Part shown: positions 27,667 through 38,687 of the stretch, piece after piece
How the letters are laid out: each line of letters opens with the position of its first letter
How positions within the stretch are numbered: the stretch's first letter is position 1
Made by a program: the position numbers and the translations under genes
The notes under the pieces: generated by a model
Database searches by the model: none
The model's input: only the letters and a program-made list of their open reading frames with translations
Told to the model about the DNA's origin: nothing
Source of the DNA: an uncultured bacterium
Lineage (GTDB): Bacteria; Bacillota; CAZWXO01
Assembly (NCBI GenBank): GCA_964637885.1
Contig: CAZWXO010000001.1
Location: forward strand, 112,731 to 176,730
DNA: 64,000 nucleotides
Direction of reading: 5' to 3'

Positions 27667-30288
27667 TCATAGAAAATTATTTTTTACTACAACGACATAA
27701 CTTTCGTCGACAAAATCAATTTCTAAATGAGAATTATTTAAAATCTTATCTTCAATAATTTCTTTAGCGATTAAGGTTTCGATGTTGCGTTGGACGTAAC
27801 GTCGCAGCGGACGCGCCCCATATGCATAATGGTACCCCCTTGAAACAATTGTGAAAATGCATTTCTCCGTTAAATCAATAGTAATATTTCGGTCAGATAG
27901 CCGGCTCTCAACCTCCTTGACAATCAAATGAATAATTTGACCAATCTCATCTTTGCCAAGCGGGTTGAATATTGTGGTCTCATCGATCCGGTTCAATATT
28001 TCAGGGCGGAAATATTTTTGCAGCTCTAAAATAACCATATTTTTTATTGCGTCGCTGATAAATCCCTCAATCTCCATTTGTTTCAATAGAATCTGGGAGC
28101 CAATATTAGAAGTAAGGATTATAATAGTATTCTTAAAGTTTATTTTTCTCCCTTGCGCATCAGTTAATTGCCCTTCATCAAGAAGTTGTAATAAAATATT
28201 GATAACATCCGGGTGGGCCTTTTCCACTTCGTCGAATAGTACCACGCTGTACGGTTTGCGTCGAATTGCCTCGCTTAGCTGGCCTCCCTCATCGTAGCCG
28301 ACATATCCTGGTGGTGCTCCGATCAGTCTTGACACTGTGTGTTTTTCCATGTATTCACTCATATCGATGCGAATTAAATTGTGTTCATCATCAAAGAGTA
28401 CAGCGGCCAAAGATTTAGCCAGCTCAGTTTTGCCAACGCCAGTCGGTCCTAAAAAAAGGAAAGAACCTTGCGGACGCTTGGGGTCATTAATGCCGGCACG
28501 TGCACGAAGGATGGTATTGCTTACCAAAGAAACAGCCTCGGCTTGGCCGATTACCCTTTGCTTCAACTCGTTTTCCAGGGTTAGTAACTTAATCTTTTCC
28601 GATTGCAATAGTTTCGACAGTGGAATTTTTGTCCATCGCGAAATAATTTCAGTAATTTCATCTTCGGTTACGGCCTCTCGAACCAAAACATCAATACTAT
28701 CTTTAGAAGAGTCGATAACTTTTTGAATCGCTGCAATATCTTTTTCAAGTGCCGGAATTATGCCGTATTTTATTTTAGCTGCTTTTTCATGATCATACTC
28801 ACGTTCAGCAATTTCTTCATTATGATGTGCATGTTCCAAATCCAATCGTAATTTTTTTAATTGACTAATTTGCCCCTTCTCTCCATTCCATTGCAACATC
28901 AAAATATCCAGCTTTTCCTGTTGCTCTTGCAATTCAAGCTGAATGTCAGCCAATCTTTTTTTGCTGTCGCTATCTTTTTCTTTTTGCAATGCCATAATTT
29001 CGATTTGAAGTTGGTTTATTCTTCGAGAGATTTCATCGATTTCCGACGGCATCGATTCGATTTCGGTCCTTAGCATGGCACATGCTTCATCGATCAAATC
29101 GATAGCTTTATCGGGCAAGAAACGGTCGGTAATATAACGATGGGATAGCTTGACTGCAGCTACAATTGCGCCATCATGTATGCGAACTCCATGGTATGTT
29201 TCGAATCTCTCCTTGAGACCTCGCAGGATAGAAATACTTTCATTGACGTCGGGCTCCTCAACGCTCACAGGTTGAAAACGTCGCTCTAATGCGGCATCTT
29301 TTTCAATATGCTTGCGATATTCATCGTTAGTCGTAGCTCCAATGCAATGCAACTCACCTCTGGCTAGCATTGGTTTTAAAAGATTGCCAGCATCCATCGC
29401 TCCTTCTGTTTTTCCTGCTCCAACGATTAAGTGAATTTCATCAATAAACAGGATGATGTTGCCGACAGAGTTTTTTATCTCTGCCAGAACAGCCTTTAGT
29501 CTCTCCTCAAATTCGCCTCGATATTTCGCGCCAGCTAGCAGTGCTCCAATATCGAGTGAAAAAACTTTGACACCCTGCAAGCTATCAGGAACATCCCCAT
29601 TTTTTATACGCTGGGCTAATCCTTCAACAATCGCAGTTTTACCAACGCCGGGCTCACCTATCAATACGGGATTATTTTTAGTTTTGCGCGATAAAATGCG
29701 AATAACATGCCTAATTTCTTCATCGCGTCCGATGACTGGATCAAGCTTCCCTTGAATCGCCTGAGCTACGAGTTCGACTCCGTACTTGCTGAGTGCTTCG
29801 TAAGTATTCTCGGGATTTGCACTAGTAACACGCTGATGGCCGCGGATATCTGACAACACTGAAAAAATTCTGTCGCGATTGATGTTTAAAAGATTCAAAA
29901 GTCTTTCAAGGTCACGCTCTCCAGGCTTCTCAGCTATTCCGAGAAGGAGATGCTCCACAGAAATATACTCATCTTTAAGGCGTCTTGCCTCAGCCTCAGC
30001 GATATTTAACGCTAAAGAAAGTGAGGCGTCTACCATTAATGAGTCTTTACTTGTGGATGTTTTGCTATGTTTCGGCTTCCGATTAATTATGGCCTCGATT
30101 TCCACGATGAAGTTTTCGATGTCTGTGCCAAGCCTTTTTAGTAAGGGGGCAACCAAACCACCCTCCTGCAAAATCAAAGCAAGGAATAAGTGACTGCATG
30201 AAATTTCATTATTCCCATGTTCCATTGCAATATTACTAGCCTGGTGAAAAGCTTCTTGCGATTTTTGTGTCAGGCGATTAAAATCCAT
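27667..30288 (-). CDS. clpB: Chaperone ClpB (Hsp104-type disaggregase)
   Basis: It has two AAA+ modules ([18 protein letters not shown] and [16 protein letters not shown]) and a long M-domain coiled coil between them. Confidence 0.95.
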   Translation of the reverse strand: MDFNRLTQKSQEAFHQASNIAMEHGNNEISCSHLFLALILQEGGLVAPLLKRLGTDIENFIVEIEAIINRKPKHSKTSTSKDSLMVDASLSLALNIAEAEARRLKDEYISVEHLLLGIAEKPGERDLERLLNLLNINRDRIFSVLSDIRGHQRVTSANPENTYEALSKYGVELVAQAIQGKLDPVIGRDEEIRHVIRILSRKTKNNPVLIGEPGVGKTAIVEGLAQRIKNGDVPDSLQGVKVFSLDIGALLAGAKYRGEFEERLKAVLAEIKNSVGNIILFIDEIHLIVGAGKTEGAMDAGNLLKPMLARGELHCIGATTNDEYRKHIEKDAALERRFQPVSVEEPDVNESISILRGLKERFETYHGVRIHDGAIVAAVKLSHRYITDRFLPDKAIDLIDEACAMLRTEIESMPSEIDEISRRINQLQIEIMALQKEKDSDSKKRLADIQLELQEQQEKLDILMLQWNGEKGQISQLKKLRLDLEHAHHNEEIAEREYDHEKAAKIKYGIIPALEKDIAAIQKVIDSSKDSIDVLVREAVTEDEITEIISRWTKIPLSKLLQSEKIKLLTLENELKQRVIGQAEAVSLVSNTILRARAGINDPKRPQGSFLFLGPTGVGKTELAKSLAAVLFDDEHNLIRIDMSEYMEKHTVSRLIGAPPGYVGYDEGGQLSEAIRRKPYSVVLFDEVEKAHPDVINILLQLLDEGQLTDAQGRKINFKNTIIILTSNIGSQILLKQMEIEGFISDAIKNMVILELQKYFRPEILNRIDETTIFNPLGKDEIGQIIHLIVKEVESRLSDRNITIDLTEKCIFTIVSRGYHYAYGARPLRRYVQRNIETLIAKEIIEDKILNNSHLEIDFVDESYVVVVKNNFL

Positions 30289-30302
30289 CGTGCTTCCCCT
30301 TC

Positions 30303-30623
30303 CTAGAGCTGTTTTCGCATTATTGCCAGCTCTCGTGTTAATTTAGCGTTCTCGTGCAATAAATCGACAATCAGAGCAGCACCTGGCCAATTTATACCGA
30401 GGTCGTCGTGAATCCGTCGCACTTCCTCTAATCGATCTATCTCGTCTTGCCCAATTAGGGGGTTTTCCATGGTTCCTTTGTAGAGGATAATACCCATTTC
30501 GAGCATTCTAGCAATAAAATCACAACTCACTGAAAGGGCGATCGCCGCCTGATCTATACTAAAATAATCTCCCTCCAATGAGACGCTTCGTTTCTCAATC
30601 CAAAAATTAACCATGGGATTCAC
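30303..30623 (-). CDS. cbpM: Chaperone modulator CbpM (MerR-like fold)
   Basis: The 106-aa protein has a C-terminal region (GINWPGAALIVDLLHENAKLTRELAIMRKQL) that aligns with E. coli CbpM ([30 protein letters not shown]). It overlaps cbpA by 17 nt. Confidence 0.75.
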   Translation of the reverse strand: MNPMVNFWIEKRSVSLEGDYFSIDQAAIALSVSCDFIARMLEMGIILYKGTMENPLIGQDEIDRLEEVRRIHDDLGINWPGAALIVDLLHENAKLTRELAIMRKQL

Positions 30624-31542
30624 CTTCTTTTTTCGGGTTTGCTGCTAAATTATCAATGGCCACTAATTTTTCAACAAGATCCAATTGCTCTTTTGATAAA
30701 TGCTTAGGGATTTTTACATTGGAAATGACAAATAAATCGCCAAACCCCTCTTTTTTTGGCAAACCCTTCCCTTTTATGCGCAGTTTTTGACCAGTCTGAA
30801 TACCAGCTGGCAAATTAATCTCTAACTTTTTTGCATCAATGGTTTCAATGACTATTTTGCCCCCAAGGGTTGCTAACCAAGGACTAACATTTAATTTAAA
30901 ATATAAGTCGTGGTCAATTACTTCATACTGAGGGTGAGGCTTAAAAGCAAGTTTAATCAGTAGATCTCCCCGCGTTCCTGACGAAGTAAGGCTACCTTGT
31001 CCTCGGAGACGAATTTTGGTCTCATTTTTAACACCGCGAGGTATCTTAAACTCAACGCTTCTCAACTCATCATTATCGGCGCTCGATAATTGTATTTTTT
31101 TAGTAGCCTCTTTAAATGCCTCCACAATTTCTATTTCAATATCTACTTGCGTCTCTCGGCTTTGCTGAAAAGGATTGGCCCCCTGTCTTCTGCCGGCATA
31201 GGCCGAGCCAAACAAAGACTCAAAAAAATCGCTGAACTCTCCAGAGGAAAAGCCTTGTGTATTCTCGCCCTGAAATCCCCAAGGCGAACCAGAGAAGCTA
31301 GCATTTTTATCCCAATTAGGACCCAGCTGGTCATATTTTTTGCGCTTGTCGGGGTCTTTTAAAACCTCATATGCTTCATTGATTAATTTAAATTTTTCCT
31401 CTGCGTCCTTTTCTTTGTTGACATCGGGATGATATTTCCTTGCTAAGCGTCGATAAGCAGCTTGGATATCCTTTTGCGTGGCGCTTTTATCAATTTCAAG
31501 TTTATTATAATAATCAACAAATTGTACGGGCATTACATTCAC
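30607..31542 (-). CDS. cbpA: Curved-DNA-binding protein CbpA (DnaJ-like; J-domain plus C-terminal domains, no zinc finger)
   Basis: It has a J-domain (YYNKLEIDKSATQKDIQAAYRRLARKYHPDVN) and a G/F region, but lacks CxxCxGxG repeats. It sits directly upstream of cbpM. Confidence 0.8.
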   Translation of the reverse strand: MNVMPVQFVDYYNKLEIDKSATQKDIQAAYRRLARKYHPDVNKEKDAEEKFKLINEAYEVLKDPDKRKKYDQLGPNWDKNASFSGSPWGFQGENTQGFSSGEFSDFFESLFGSAYAGRRQGANPFQQSRETQVDIEIEIVEAFKEATKKIQLSSADNDELRSVEFKIPRGVKNETKIRLRGQGSLTSSGTRGDLLIKLAFKPHPQYEVIDHDLYFKLNVSPWLATLGGKIVIETIDAKKLEINLPAGIQTGQKLRIKGKGLPKKEGFGDLFVISNVKIPKHLSKEQLDLVEKLVAIDNLAANPKKEGESHG

Positions 31543-31583
31543 CTCTTATTAAAAGCTCCCGCCGAAACGGGAGCATTTAAGAA

Positions 31584-33458
31584 CTAATTTTCTGTGTAGT
31601 CGGCGTCAATTACGTCGTCACTTGACGCGCCAGGGGTTGCCGAATCAGGATCTTGGCCTTGTCCCGATGATGCAGAAGACATTTGATAGATTGCTTGCTG
31701 CAAATCTTGCGTTTTTTTCTTGATGTCCTCAACTGGATTATCATTCTCAAGAGCATTTTTTAAATCTTGAACAAGCATTTCCGTATGCCCTTTTAGATTA
31801 ACTGGAGCGCTCTCTGGTAAATCTTTCACTGCTTTTTCCGCCTGATAAATCATGCTATCCGCTTCGTTTCTAATTTCAATTTTCTCACGTTTTTCCTTGT
31901 CAGTAGCCGCATTGAGTTCACCTTCCTGGACCATTCGATCGATTTCACCTTTATCGAGATTTGTGGAACCGCTTATCGTTATTTGCTGGGCTTTGCCGGT
32001 TTGCTTATCCTTGGCAGAAACAGTAAGAATACCATTTGCATCGATATCAAAACTCACTTCAATTTGGGGAATGCCCCTAGATGCCGCGGCTATGCCTTCT
32101 AGTTTAAATTGTCCAAGTCGTTTATTGTCAGAAGCCAGCTCTCTTTCCCCTTGCAGTACAACTATATCAACTGCTGGTTGATTGTCCTCGGCAGTTGAGA
32201 AAACTTCAGCTTTTTTAGCAGGAACAGTTGTGTTTCGCTCAATAAGTTTTGTCATCACTCCACCAAGTGTTTCAACTCCGAGAGACAGAGGCGTCACATC
32301 CAACAAGAGTACATCCTTAATTTCTCCACTAAGGACGGCTGCTTGAACTGCAGCCCCGATTGCAACAACTTCATCTGGATTCACGGACATGTTAGGCTGC
32401 TTTCCACCTGTTAACCTTTTAACAAGTTCTTGCACGGCTGGTATACGCGTTGATCCACCAACGAGAATTACCTCGTCGATATCCGCTTGAGAAACTTTTG
32501 CATCATCCATGGCTTGCCGAACTGGGTGTTCGGTTCGTGTTATTAGGTCAGCTGCCATTTCCTCAAATTTGGCCTTGGACAAAGATAGCTCCAAATGCTT
32601 TGGGCCATTAGCGTCGGCACTGATAAAAGGCAAGTTAAGCATGGTCTGGCTTGTTGAGGATAATTCAATTTTTGCTTTCTCTGCGGCTTCAAAAAGTCGT
32701 TGTAATGCTTGCCGATCGTTTTTAAGATCGATGCCGTGTTCTCGCTTATATTCCACAACCATCCAGTCGACTATCCGTTTGTCGAAATCGTCGCCCCCAA
32801 GATGAGTATCGCCAGAGGTCGACTTAACTTCAAAAACTCCGTCGCCAACATCGAGGAGAGACACGTCAAAAGTTCCTCCTCCCAAATCATATACAATAAT
32901 AGTTTCGTTCTTCTTTTTATCAAGGCCATAGGCTAGCGAAGCTGCAGTGGGTTCGTTAATAATGCGCAAAACGTTTAGACCAGCAATCTGACCTGCGTCC
33001 TTAGTTGCTTGCCTTTGCGCATCATTAAAATACGCGGGCACAGTAATAACAACATCTTTTACTTTTTCTCCTAAATATTTTGAGGCGTCATCAGCTAGTT
33101 TGCGCAAAATTTGGGCGCTTATTTCTTCGGGAGATACTATTTGACCTTCAATATCAAACCTAATACTATCATTTGGTCCCTTGATAACTTTGTAAGGGAC
33201 CATTGATATCTCATTTTCTACTTCGTCGTACTTCCGGCCCATGAAACGCTTAACAGAAAAAATTGTCCCAGCATGATTTAAGACAGCTTGCCTTTTTGCT
33301 AATTGTCCGACCAACCGATCACCATTCTTTGCATAGGCGACAACAGACGGTGTAGTTCTGCCTCCCTCGGCATTCGCGATGACGACTGGATTGCCGCCTT
33401 CCATAACGGCAACAACCGAATTAGTTGTACCTAAATCGATTCCGATTGCTTTTGCCAT
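31584..33458 (-). CDS. dnaK: Second Hsp70 (DnaK paralog)
   Basis: It carries the full Hsp70 signature ([35 protein letters not shown]). A canonical dnaK lies in the hrcA operon at 61286..63112. Confidence 0.9.
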   Translation of the reverse strand: MAKAIGIDLGTTNSVVAVMEGGNPVVIANAEGGRTTPSVVAYAKNGDRLVGQLAKRQAVLNHAGTIFSVKRFMGRKYDEVENEISMVPYKVIKGPNDSIRFDIEGQIVSPEEISAQILRKLADDASKYLGEKVKDVVITVPAYFNDAQRQATKDAGQIAGLNVLRIINEPTAASLAYGLDKKKNETIIVYDLGGGTFDVSLLDVGDGVFEVKSTSGDTHLGGDDFDKRIVDWMVVEYKREHGIDLKNDRQALQRLFEAAEKAKIELSSTSQTMLNLPFISADANGPKHLELSLSKAKFEEMAADLITRTEHPVRQAMDDAKVSQADIDEVILVGGSTRIPAVQELVKRLTGGKQPNMSVNPDEVVAIGAAVQAAVLSGEIKDVLLLDVTPLSLGVETLGGVMTKLIERNTTVPAKKAEVFSTAEDNQPAVDIVVLQGERELASDNKRLGQFKLEGIAAASRGIPQIEVSFDIDANGILTVSAKDKQTGKAQQITISGSTNLDKGEIDRMVQEGELNAATDKEKREKIEIRNEADSMIYQAEKAVKDLPESAPVNLKGHTEMLVQDLKNALENDNPVEDIKKKTQDLQQAIYQMSSASSGQGQDPDSATPGASSDDVIDADYTEN

Positions 33459-33504
33459 AGTAAATTCCTCCTTGGTTTATCTTATGTCATTATATTATCA
33501 CGAT

Positions 33505-33521
33505 AGTCAGAGATAGTCAAA
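33505..33521. promoter_or_regulatory. CtsR-type operator (tandem heptad AGTCAGA-GAT-AGTCAAA) overlapping the dnaK2 promoter
   Basis: AGTCAGAGATAGTCAAA fits the consensus RGTCADN-NAN-RGTCADN. The -35 TTGACT of the minus-strand promoter (TTGACT, 17 nt, TAATAT) is the reverse complement of the second heptad. The RBS AAGGAGGAA precedes the ATG. Confidence 0.45.
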
Positions 33522-34344
33522 CTTTTCTTATTCTTTCTTTATCAATTATTTTCGATTTGATCCTTTGTAAGTAATCGTACCTTGCGATATTCCAAAAAGT
33601 TACTGTGGCCTCAGAAGGTTGGATTACCACTTTTTTTATCGATTCCTTTGGCTTTATTTCGCAGCCGTCAACAGCTACTCTTACGCCTCTTAGCTCAGGA
33701 AAAAGAACATTAAATTGTATTTTTGCCTCGGCTGGAACTACTAATGGTATCTTAAGCGGGAGATTTCGGGCACTGTCGTTTGGGTGCATCGGGACGAGTT
33801 CGAGGCAATGCAACGAGTGGTGAATGGCTGCGCCACCTGCCCACACAGCGTATGCAGTTGAGCCTATTGGGGTCGTCACAATATAACCATCCCCAGCAAA
33901 ATAATTTAAAGGTGTGTCGTCAATCAATAACTCAAGCTCCGTTAAGTTCATTGTGATTCTTTCAACGACTACATCGCCTATAAAACAGTGTGACAAAGAC
34001 GTGTCATTGATATCTGTCATAATGACATCAAACATCGGATAAGTAAAAACCTCGTAGTCACAAGAGACTATTTTTCGGACCAGTTTTTCTACTTTTTCAG
34101 AGCGCTCATTCATCAAGAAACCAAGTGTTCCAGTATTGATTCCGATGAAAGGCATCTTTCGATGCTGATGGTTTTTGATAGCATGAAGCATTGTCCCGTC
34201 CCCACCAAGAACAATTATCACGGAGGCTGCTTCTGTGCTCTGGTCTTCCGTAAGGATTTCAATGTCGAATTTATTAAATTCTTCAATAATTCTATGCGCA
34301 ATTTCGTAATCGCTCGGTTTGTTCCAAATCAAGATTGCTTTCAT
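33517..34344 (-). CDS. nadK: NAD+ kinase
   Basis: It has the GGDGT motif (VLGGDGTMLHA) and an NAD-kinase C-domain. Confidence 0.85.
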   Translation of the reverse strand: MKAILIWNKPSDYEIAHRIIEEFNKFDIEILTEDQSTEAASVIIVLGGDGTMLHAIKNHQHRKMPFIGINTGTLGFLMNERSEKVEKLVRKIVSCDYEVFTYPMFDVIMTDINDTSLSHCFIGDVVVERITMNLTELELLIDDTPLNYFAGDGYIVTTPIGSTAYAVWAGGAAIHHSLHCLELVPMHPNDSARNLPLKIPLVVPAEAKIQFNVLFPELRGVRVAVDGCEIKPKESIKKVVIQPSEATVTFWNIARYDYLQRIKSKIIDKERIRKV

Positions 34345-34436
34345 TTATTACACCTCTTTTAATAAAAAATTTAAATAATGAGTTGTTATTTTCTTATACC
34401 TATTATATATTACATCTGATGTGAATTTCCTTCTTT

Positions 34437-37400
34437 TTGATTGGAGTGAAAAAGGTGATTATACTTGGTGTCTGCATTGGTTCCCATTCAATATCTTGGA
34501 CTTTATTAGATAAAAAAGATTTAATAAAAAATCAAATAATCAAAAACGGGTATCTGCAACATCATGGCAGGCCTGTTGATTGCGTTAAAGAATTGATTGA
34601 TGACATGGAAAATCTTTATGACTTGGTTAATATTACAGGAAAGAATCTTATCTTTGCAAAGGAAATGAATTACATTCCTGAGGTAGAGTCAGTTGAATCA
34701 TCGTATAAGTTTTTCAAATCTAAGTATACTGGAATCGATGGGATTATTGATTGTGGCGCGGAAACTATCTTTTACTATCCAGTTGATTCCTTCGGCAACA
34801 TAATTGATGTTGTGGCTGGAAATAAGTGTGCTTCGGGAACAGGAGAGTTTTTAGTCCAGCAGATTAAGCGAATGGGTCTAGAAATCGAAGAAGCTAATCT
34901 CATCGCCGATTTAGAAAATTCTTATGCTGTGGCTGACCGCTGCTCGGTTTTCTGTAAAAGTGACTGCACCCATGCTCTAAATAAGGGTGTAAGCAAGAGC
35001 CGTGTCATCGGTGGTCTAATAAAAATGATGGCTAACAAAGCTCTCAATCTCATTGACGGATGCCAGAATAAAACTATCATGATAATTGGTGGCATGGCCT
35101 GCAATTACAAATTTGTGGAAGCTATGCGAAGCTCGGTAAAAGAATTAGTGGTTGCCGACGAAGCTGTTTTTTTTACATCGGTAGGTGCGGCCATGTCTGA
35201 ATCAAGAAATCAAAGTTTTAAATATAGCAATAGTGAGTGCTGTGCTGAAAATGCAATCAAGTACGAGCCGCTCGATGCATCCAGCACCGTTGAATTCATG
35301 ACCTGGCCGACATTGAGTAATGATCTTGTCACCTTGAGCAAAGAGATGAAGTTTGTTTTGGGGATCGACATTGGTTCGACCACAACCAAGGCAGTAATAG
35401 TTGACATTGATTCAAAAAAAATTATCGCTTCAAATTATTTACGCACCCACGGCGACCCTATTTTAGCCGTGAAAAAATGCCTCCAGATGATCATAGATGA
35501 GCATCGCGCTATTGATCGCGTCGAAGGGATAGTGACAACAGGCTCGGGCAGAGTTATCGCTTCTTTGTATTTAAATCAATGCCTCAACGTCAATGAAATA
35601 TTGGCGCATGCTAAGGCTGCCGTGTTTTTTGACGAGGATGTCGACACTATTTTCGAAATCGGCGGGCAGGATGCCAAGTATACTTTTTTAACAGGTGGTG
35701 TTCCTTCAGATTATGCGATGAATGAAGCTTGCTCTGCTGGAACAGGCTCGTTTCTCGAAGAAGCAGCAAAAGAATCTCTTTCAATCGCAACTGAAAAAAT
35801 CGGTGATTTCGCCAAAAAAGGTGATTCGCCTCCACACTTTAACGATCAATGTGCTGCTTTCATCGGAAGTGATATAAAATCGGCTATTCTTTCGGGCATC
35901 TCCGTAGAAAATATTTGTGCTGCGCTTGTTTACTCGATTTGCAACAATTATTTAACGAGGGTCAAGGGTAACCGCACCGTTGGGAAAAAAATTTTTATGC
36001 AGGGAGGGGTTTGTTTTAACTCAGCTATACCGATAGCGATGTCAAAATTGTTAAAAAAACCTGTTATTGTTCCACCGCACCCCGGATTGATGGGCGCTTT
36101 TGGAGCATCTTTGATTTGGATTGAAAAATGGCAACGCAACGATATTGAAGTGACACCCAGCGATATCAGTGATTATTTAGTGAAAAGCGTTAATTATTTA
36201 GCCCCCTTCTTTTGCCATGGCGGTAAAGAAAGGTGTGATCTGAAATGCCAGATCAGCCTAATCGAAATTGACACGAAGAAAATGTCTTTTGGGGGTGCAT
36301 GTGATAAGTATAATAGCAAAACTGATACTAAAGAAAAAAATAGTGAAAGAATTGATAAACTTGACTTGGTATCTGCATATGAGAAAATAATTTTTGCCCA
36401 ATCTAAGGATGATTTGACACAAGAAGTCAATAAGAAAAAAATTATCTTAACAAAGTCCTTGATGATGAACTCTTTTTTCCCACTGTTTTCAACTTTTTTT
36501 AAAGAGCTTGGGCTAACTGTCACGCTTATTGAATTTGTGGATGCCCATATTACGGGTGATTTCGTTTCCGAATTTTGTTACCCTGTCATGCATGCTCACC
36601 GCCTTGCAGTTGCTGCGACAACAAAAGAGGCCGATTATTTTTTTCTTCCTCATATAAAGAATGTGCAAACCTTTAATGGGCAAACCGGAACCTTATGCCC
36701 ATTTGTGCAAGCCAACCCGTACATGACAGATAGTATTCTTGCTTCATTAGAGTCTAAAATGCGCTTGCTCAGACCTATCATTAATTTGACTAATGATTAT
36801 GCTGACAGCGAGCTGTCTTTTCTCGATTTGGCTCAACAACTCGGTTTTACACAAAAACTGGCTAAAAAAGCCTTCGATACAGCTGTCACTACGCAATTAG
36901 CAAGGGAATTAGAAATTAAAACAAAGGTCTCGGCAGCTTTTAAAGAAATGGAAGAGACAAATGCATTAGGGATTGTGGTTTTCGGTAGAACATATAATGC
37001 TTTTGCCTCCGACTTGAACATGGGAATAACAAAAAAAATAGCTTGCAAGAATTATTACGTCTTCCCCTGTAATTATATTTTAGATGGCATGCGGAATTTA
37101 GCCGAGCAGGAAATGTACTGGGCTAGCGGACAGTACATTGTCGAAGCGGCAAAATATGTCTCTCAGCATCGCAATTTATTTGGGGTTTATATTACCAACT
37201 TCAGTTGCGGACCTGATTCATTCTTGTTGAATTATTTCCGCAATATAATGGGCGGCAAGCCTTCGCTAACTATTGAGCTTGACGGGCACACCTCTAATGC
37301 TGGAGTTGAAACTAGAATCGAGGCTTTTGTCGATATTTTGGAGAACTATCGACAGATTATAAATGCAAGCAAGGCAACTCCTCAAAAAAGTGATTTAGAT

Positions 37401-38627
37401 ATGGCTAAATCTTCGCTACCAAAGAAATTAACAAGCGGACGCTCGGCGATTATAGTGCCCTCAATGGGCGGATACTCAGCTGCTTTACTGGCAAAAGGTT
37501 TTGAATATCTAGGATACCATTCAATACCTTTACCAATTCCAACTTCAGAGAATCTTCGAGCAGGTCAATCTTTAACAACATGCAAAGAATGCCTACCATT
37601 TAATCTGGTCTTGGGGAGTATTTTAGATTACCTACGACAGCATGAACTGGAAACAAAATATGACTATAATATTTTCTTGCCAACTGCTAATGGCCCATGT
37701 CGATTTGGGCAATACACAAAGTTAACGAGAGACGTCTTGGCCAAAGAAGGTTATGGGGATATTGATTTTCTAACGGTATCCTCAGAAGACAGCTATAATT
37801 CTTTCAGTCGGAATTTCATGCTCAGATCATGGCTAGGCATTTTAACCAATGACCTATTGAGTGACATGAAGTCAGCGCTCCGTGTTTCTGCAAAACACCC
37901 AGGGCCAGCTCTTGAAATATTTGATACTTGTGTAAAAAGAATAATTGAAAGATTTGCCACTTCAAGTATCAAAGAAATATTCGAGGAAATGCGTAAATCT
38001 GCCCAAGAATTAGCAAACATTGAAAAACAACATAATCTCAATAATCTGCCTGCCGTATATATTATCGGGGAGATTTTTGTTCGACGCAGCGATTCATGCC
38101 AAACAGAAGTAATCGAAAGATTGCTTGAGCAGTCAATTATTCCCGTTATTGCACCGATCCACGAGTGGGTATATTATTGCGACTATTTAGAGGAAAATGG
38201 TATTTTAAAACAAATCAATGCTGTCGACAAGTTGAAGAAAAAGATCGAAATATTTGTGAAAAGATTAATGGAAAAAAAGATAAAAAAGGTTTTTGCTGAT
38301 TGTGGTTTGTTACTCGAAAAGAAAATTTTAGATATAGATAGCATTATTTCTAAAGGTGCGCGTCATCTTGATTTGCAGTTGACAGGTGAGGCAATTTTAA
38401 CAGTTGGTTCCGGAATTGAAGCCCAAGAGAATTATCAAGGGATAGTATCGTTATATCCTTTTGGCTGCATGCCGGGAAGAATTGCTGAATTTTTCCTCAA
38501 GAACGAAAATAAAGGCTATCCCTTTTTGTCATTAGAACTCGATGGAAATAAATTGCCGCCGGTTATCGAAGCCAAGATTGATTCTTTTATCTCTCAAGTA
38601 AAAAGACAAAAACAAGGCAAAAAATAA
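34437..38627 (+). CDS. Fusion protein: two BadF/BadG/BcrA/BcrD (HgdC-like) activase ATPase modules, a DUF2229-like region and a 2-hydroxyacyl-CoA dehydratase (HgdB/D-component-like) C-terminal domain
   Basis: Module 2 begins at about aa 300 with the canonical FVLGIDIGSTTTKAVIVD and the cluster cysteines CSAGTGSF / CAAFIGSD. Module 1 (aa 1-260) keeps the cluster cysteines (CASGTGEF, CSVFCKSDC) but its phosphate-1 motif is degenerate (LGVCIGSHS instead of LGIDxGST). The likely start is GTG 34455 after a GGAGTG RBS. Confidence 0.65.
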   Translation: MIGVKKVIILGVCIGSHSISWTLLDKKDLIKNQIIKNGYLQHHGRPVDCVKELIDDMENLYDLVNITGKNLIFAKEMNYIPEVESVESSYKFFKSKYTGIDGIIDCGAETIFYYPVDSFGNIIDVVAGNKCASGTGEFLVQQIKRMGLEIEEANLIADLENSYAVADRCSVFCKSDCTHALNKGVSKSRVIGGLIKMMANKALNLIDGCQNKTIMIIGGMACNYKFVEAMRSSVKELVVADEAVFFTSVGAAMSESRNQSFKYSNSECCAENAIKYEPLDASSTVEFMTWPTLSNDLVTLSKEMKFVLGIDIGSTTTKAVIVDIDSKKIIASNYLRTHGDPILAVKKCLQMIIDEHRAIDRVEGIVTTGSGRVIASLYLNQCLNVNEILAHAKAAVFFDEDVDTIFEIGGQDAKYTFLTGGVPSDYAMNEACSAGTGSFLEEAAKESLSIATEKIGDFAKKGDSPPHFNDQCAAFIGSDIKSAILSGISVENICAALVYSICNNYLTRVKGNRTVGKKIFMQGGVCFNSAIPIAMSKLLKKPVIVPPHPGLMGAFGASLIWIEKWQRNDIEVTPSDISDYLVKSVNYLAPFFCHGGKERCDLKCQISLIEIDTKKMSFGGACDKYNSKTDTKEKNSERIDKLDLVSAYEKIIFAQSKDDLTQEVNKKKIILTKSLMMNSFFPLFSTFFKELGLTVTLIEFVDAHITGDFVSEFCYPVMHAHRLAVAATTKEADYFFLPHIKNVQTFNGQTGTLCPFVQANPYMTDSILASLESKMRLLRPIINLTNDYADSELSFLDLAQQLGFTQKLAKKAFDTAVTTQLARELEIKTKVSAAFKEMEETNALGIVVFGRTYNAFASDLNMGITKKIACKNYYVFPCNYILDGMRNLAEQEMYWASGQYIVEAAKYVSQHRNLFGVYITNFSCGPDSFLLNYFRNIMGGKPSLTIELDGHTSNAGVETRIEAFVDILENYRQIINASKATPQKSDLDMAKSSLPKKLTSGRSAIIVPSMGGYSAALLAKGFEYLGYHSIPLPIPTSENLRAGQSLTTCKECLPFNLVLGSILDYLRQHELETKYDYNIFLPTANGPCRFGQYTKLTRDVLAKEGYGDIDFLTVSSEDSYNSFSRNFMLRSWLGILTNDLLSDMKSALRVSAKHPGPALEIFDTCVKRIIERFATSSIKEIFEEMRKSAQELANIEKQHNLNNLPAVYIIGEIFVRRSDSCQTEVIERLLEQSIIPVIAPIHEWVYYCDYLEENGILKQINAVDKLKKKIEIFVKRLMEKKIKKVFADCGLLLEKKILDIDSIISKGARHLDLQLTGEAILTVGSGIEAQENYQGIVSLYPFGCMPGRIAEFFLKNENKGYPFLSLELDGNKLPPVIEAKIDSFISQVKRQKQGKK

Positions 38628-38687
38628 AAGAAGCGCCTTTGCCTCTTAATGGGCATAGGCGCTTCTAGTTGGTAAATCTAAAATAGT

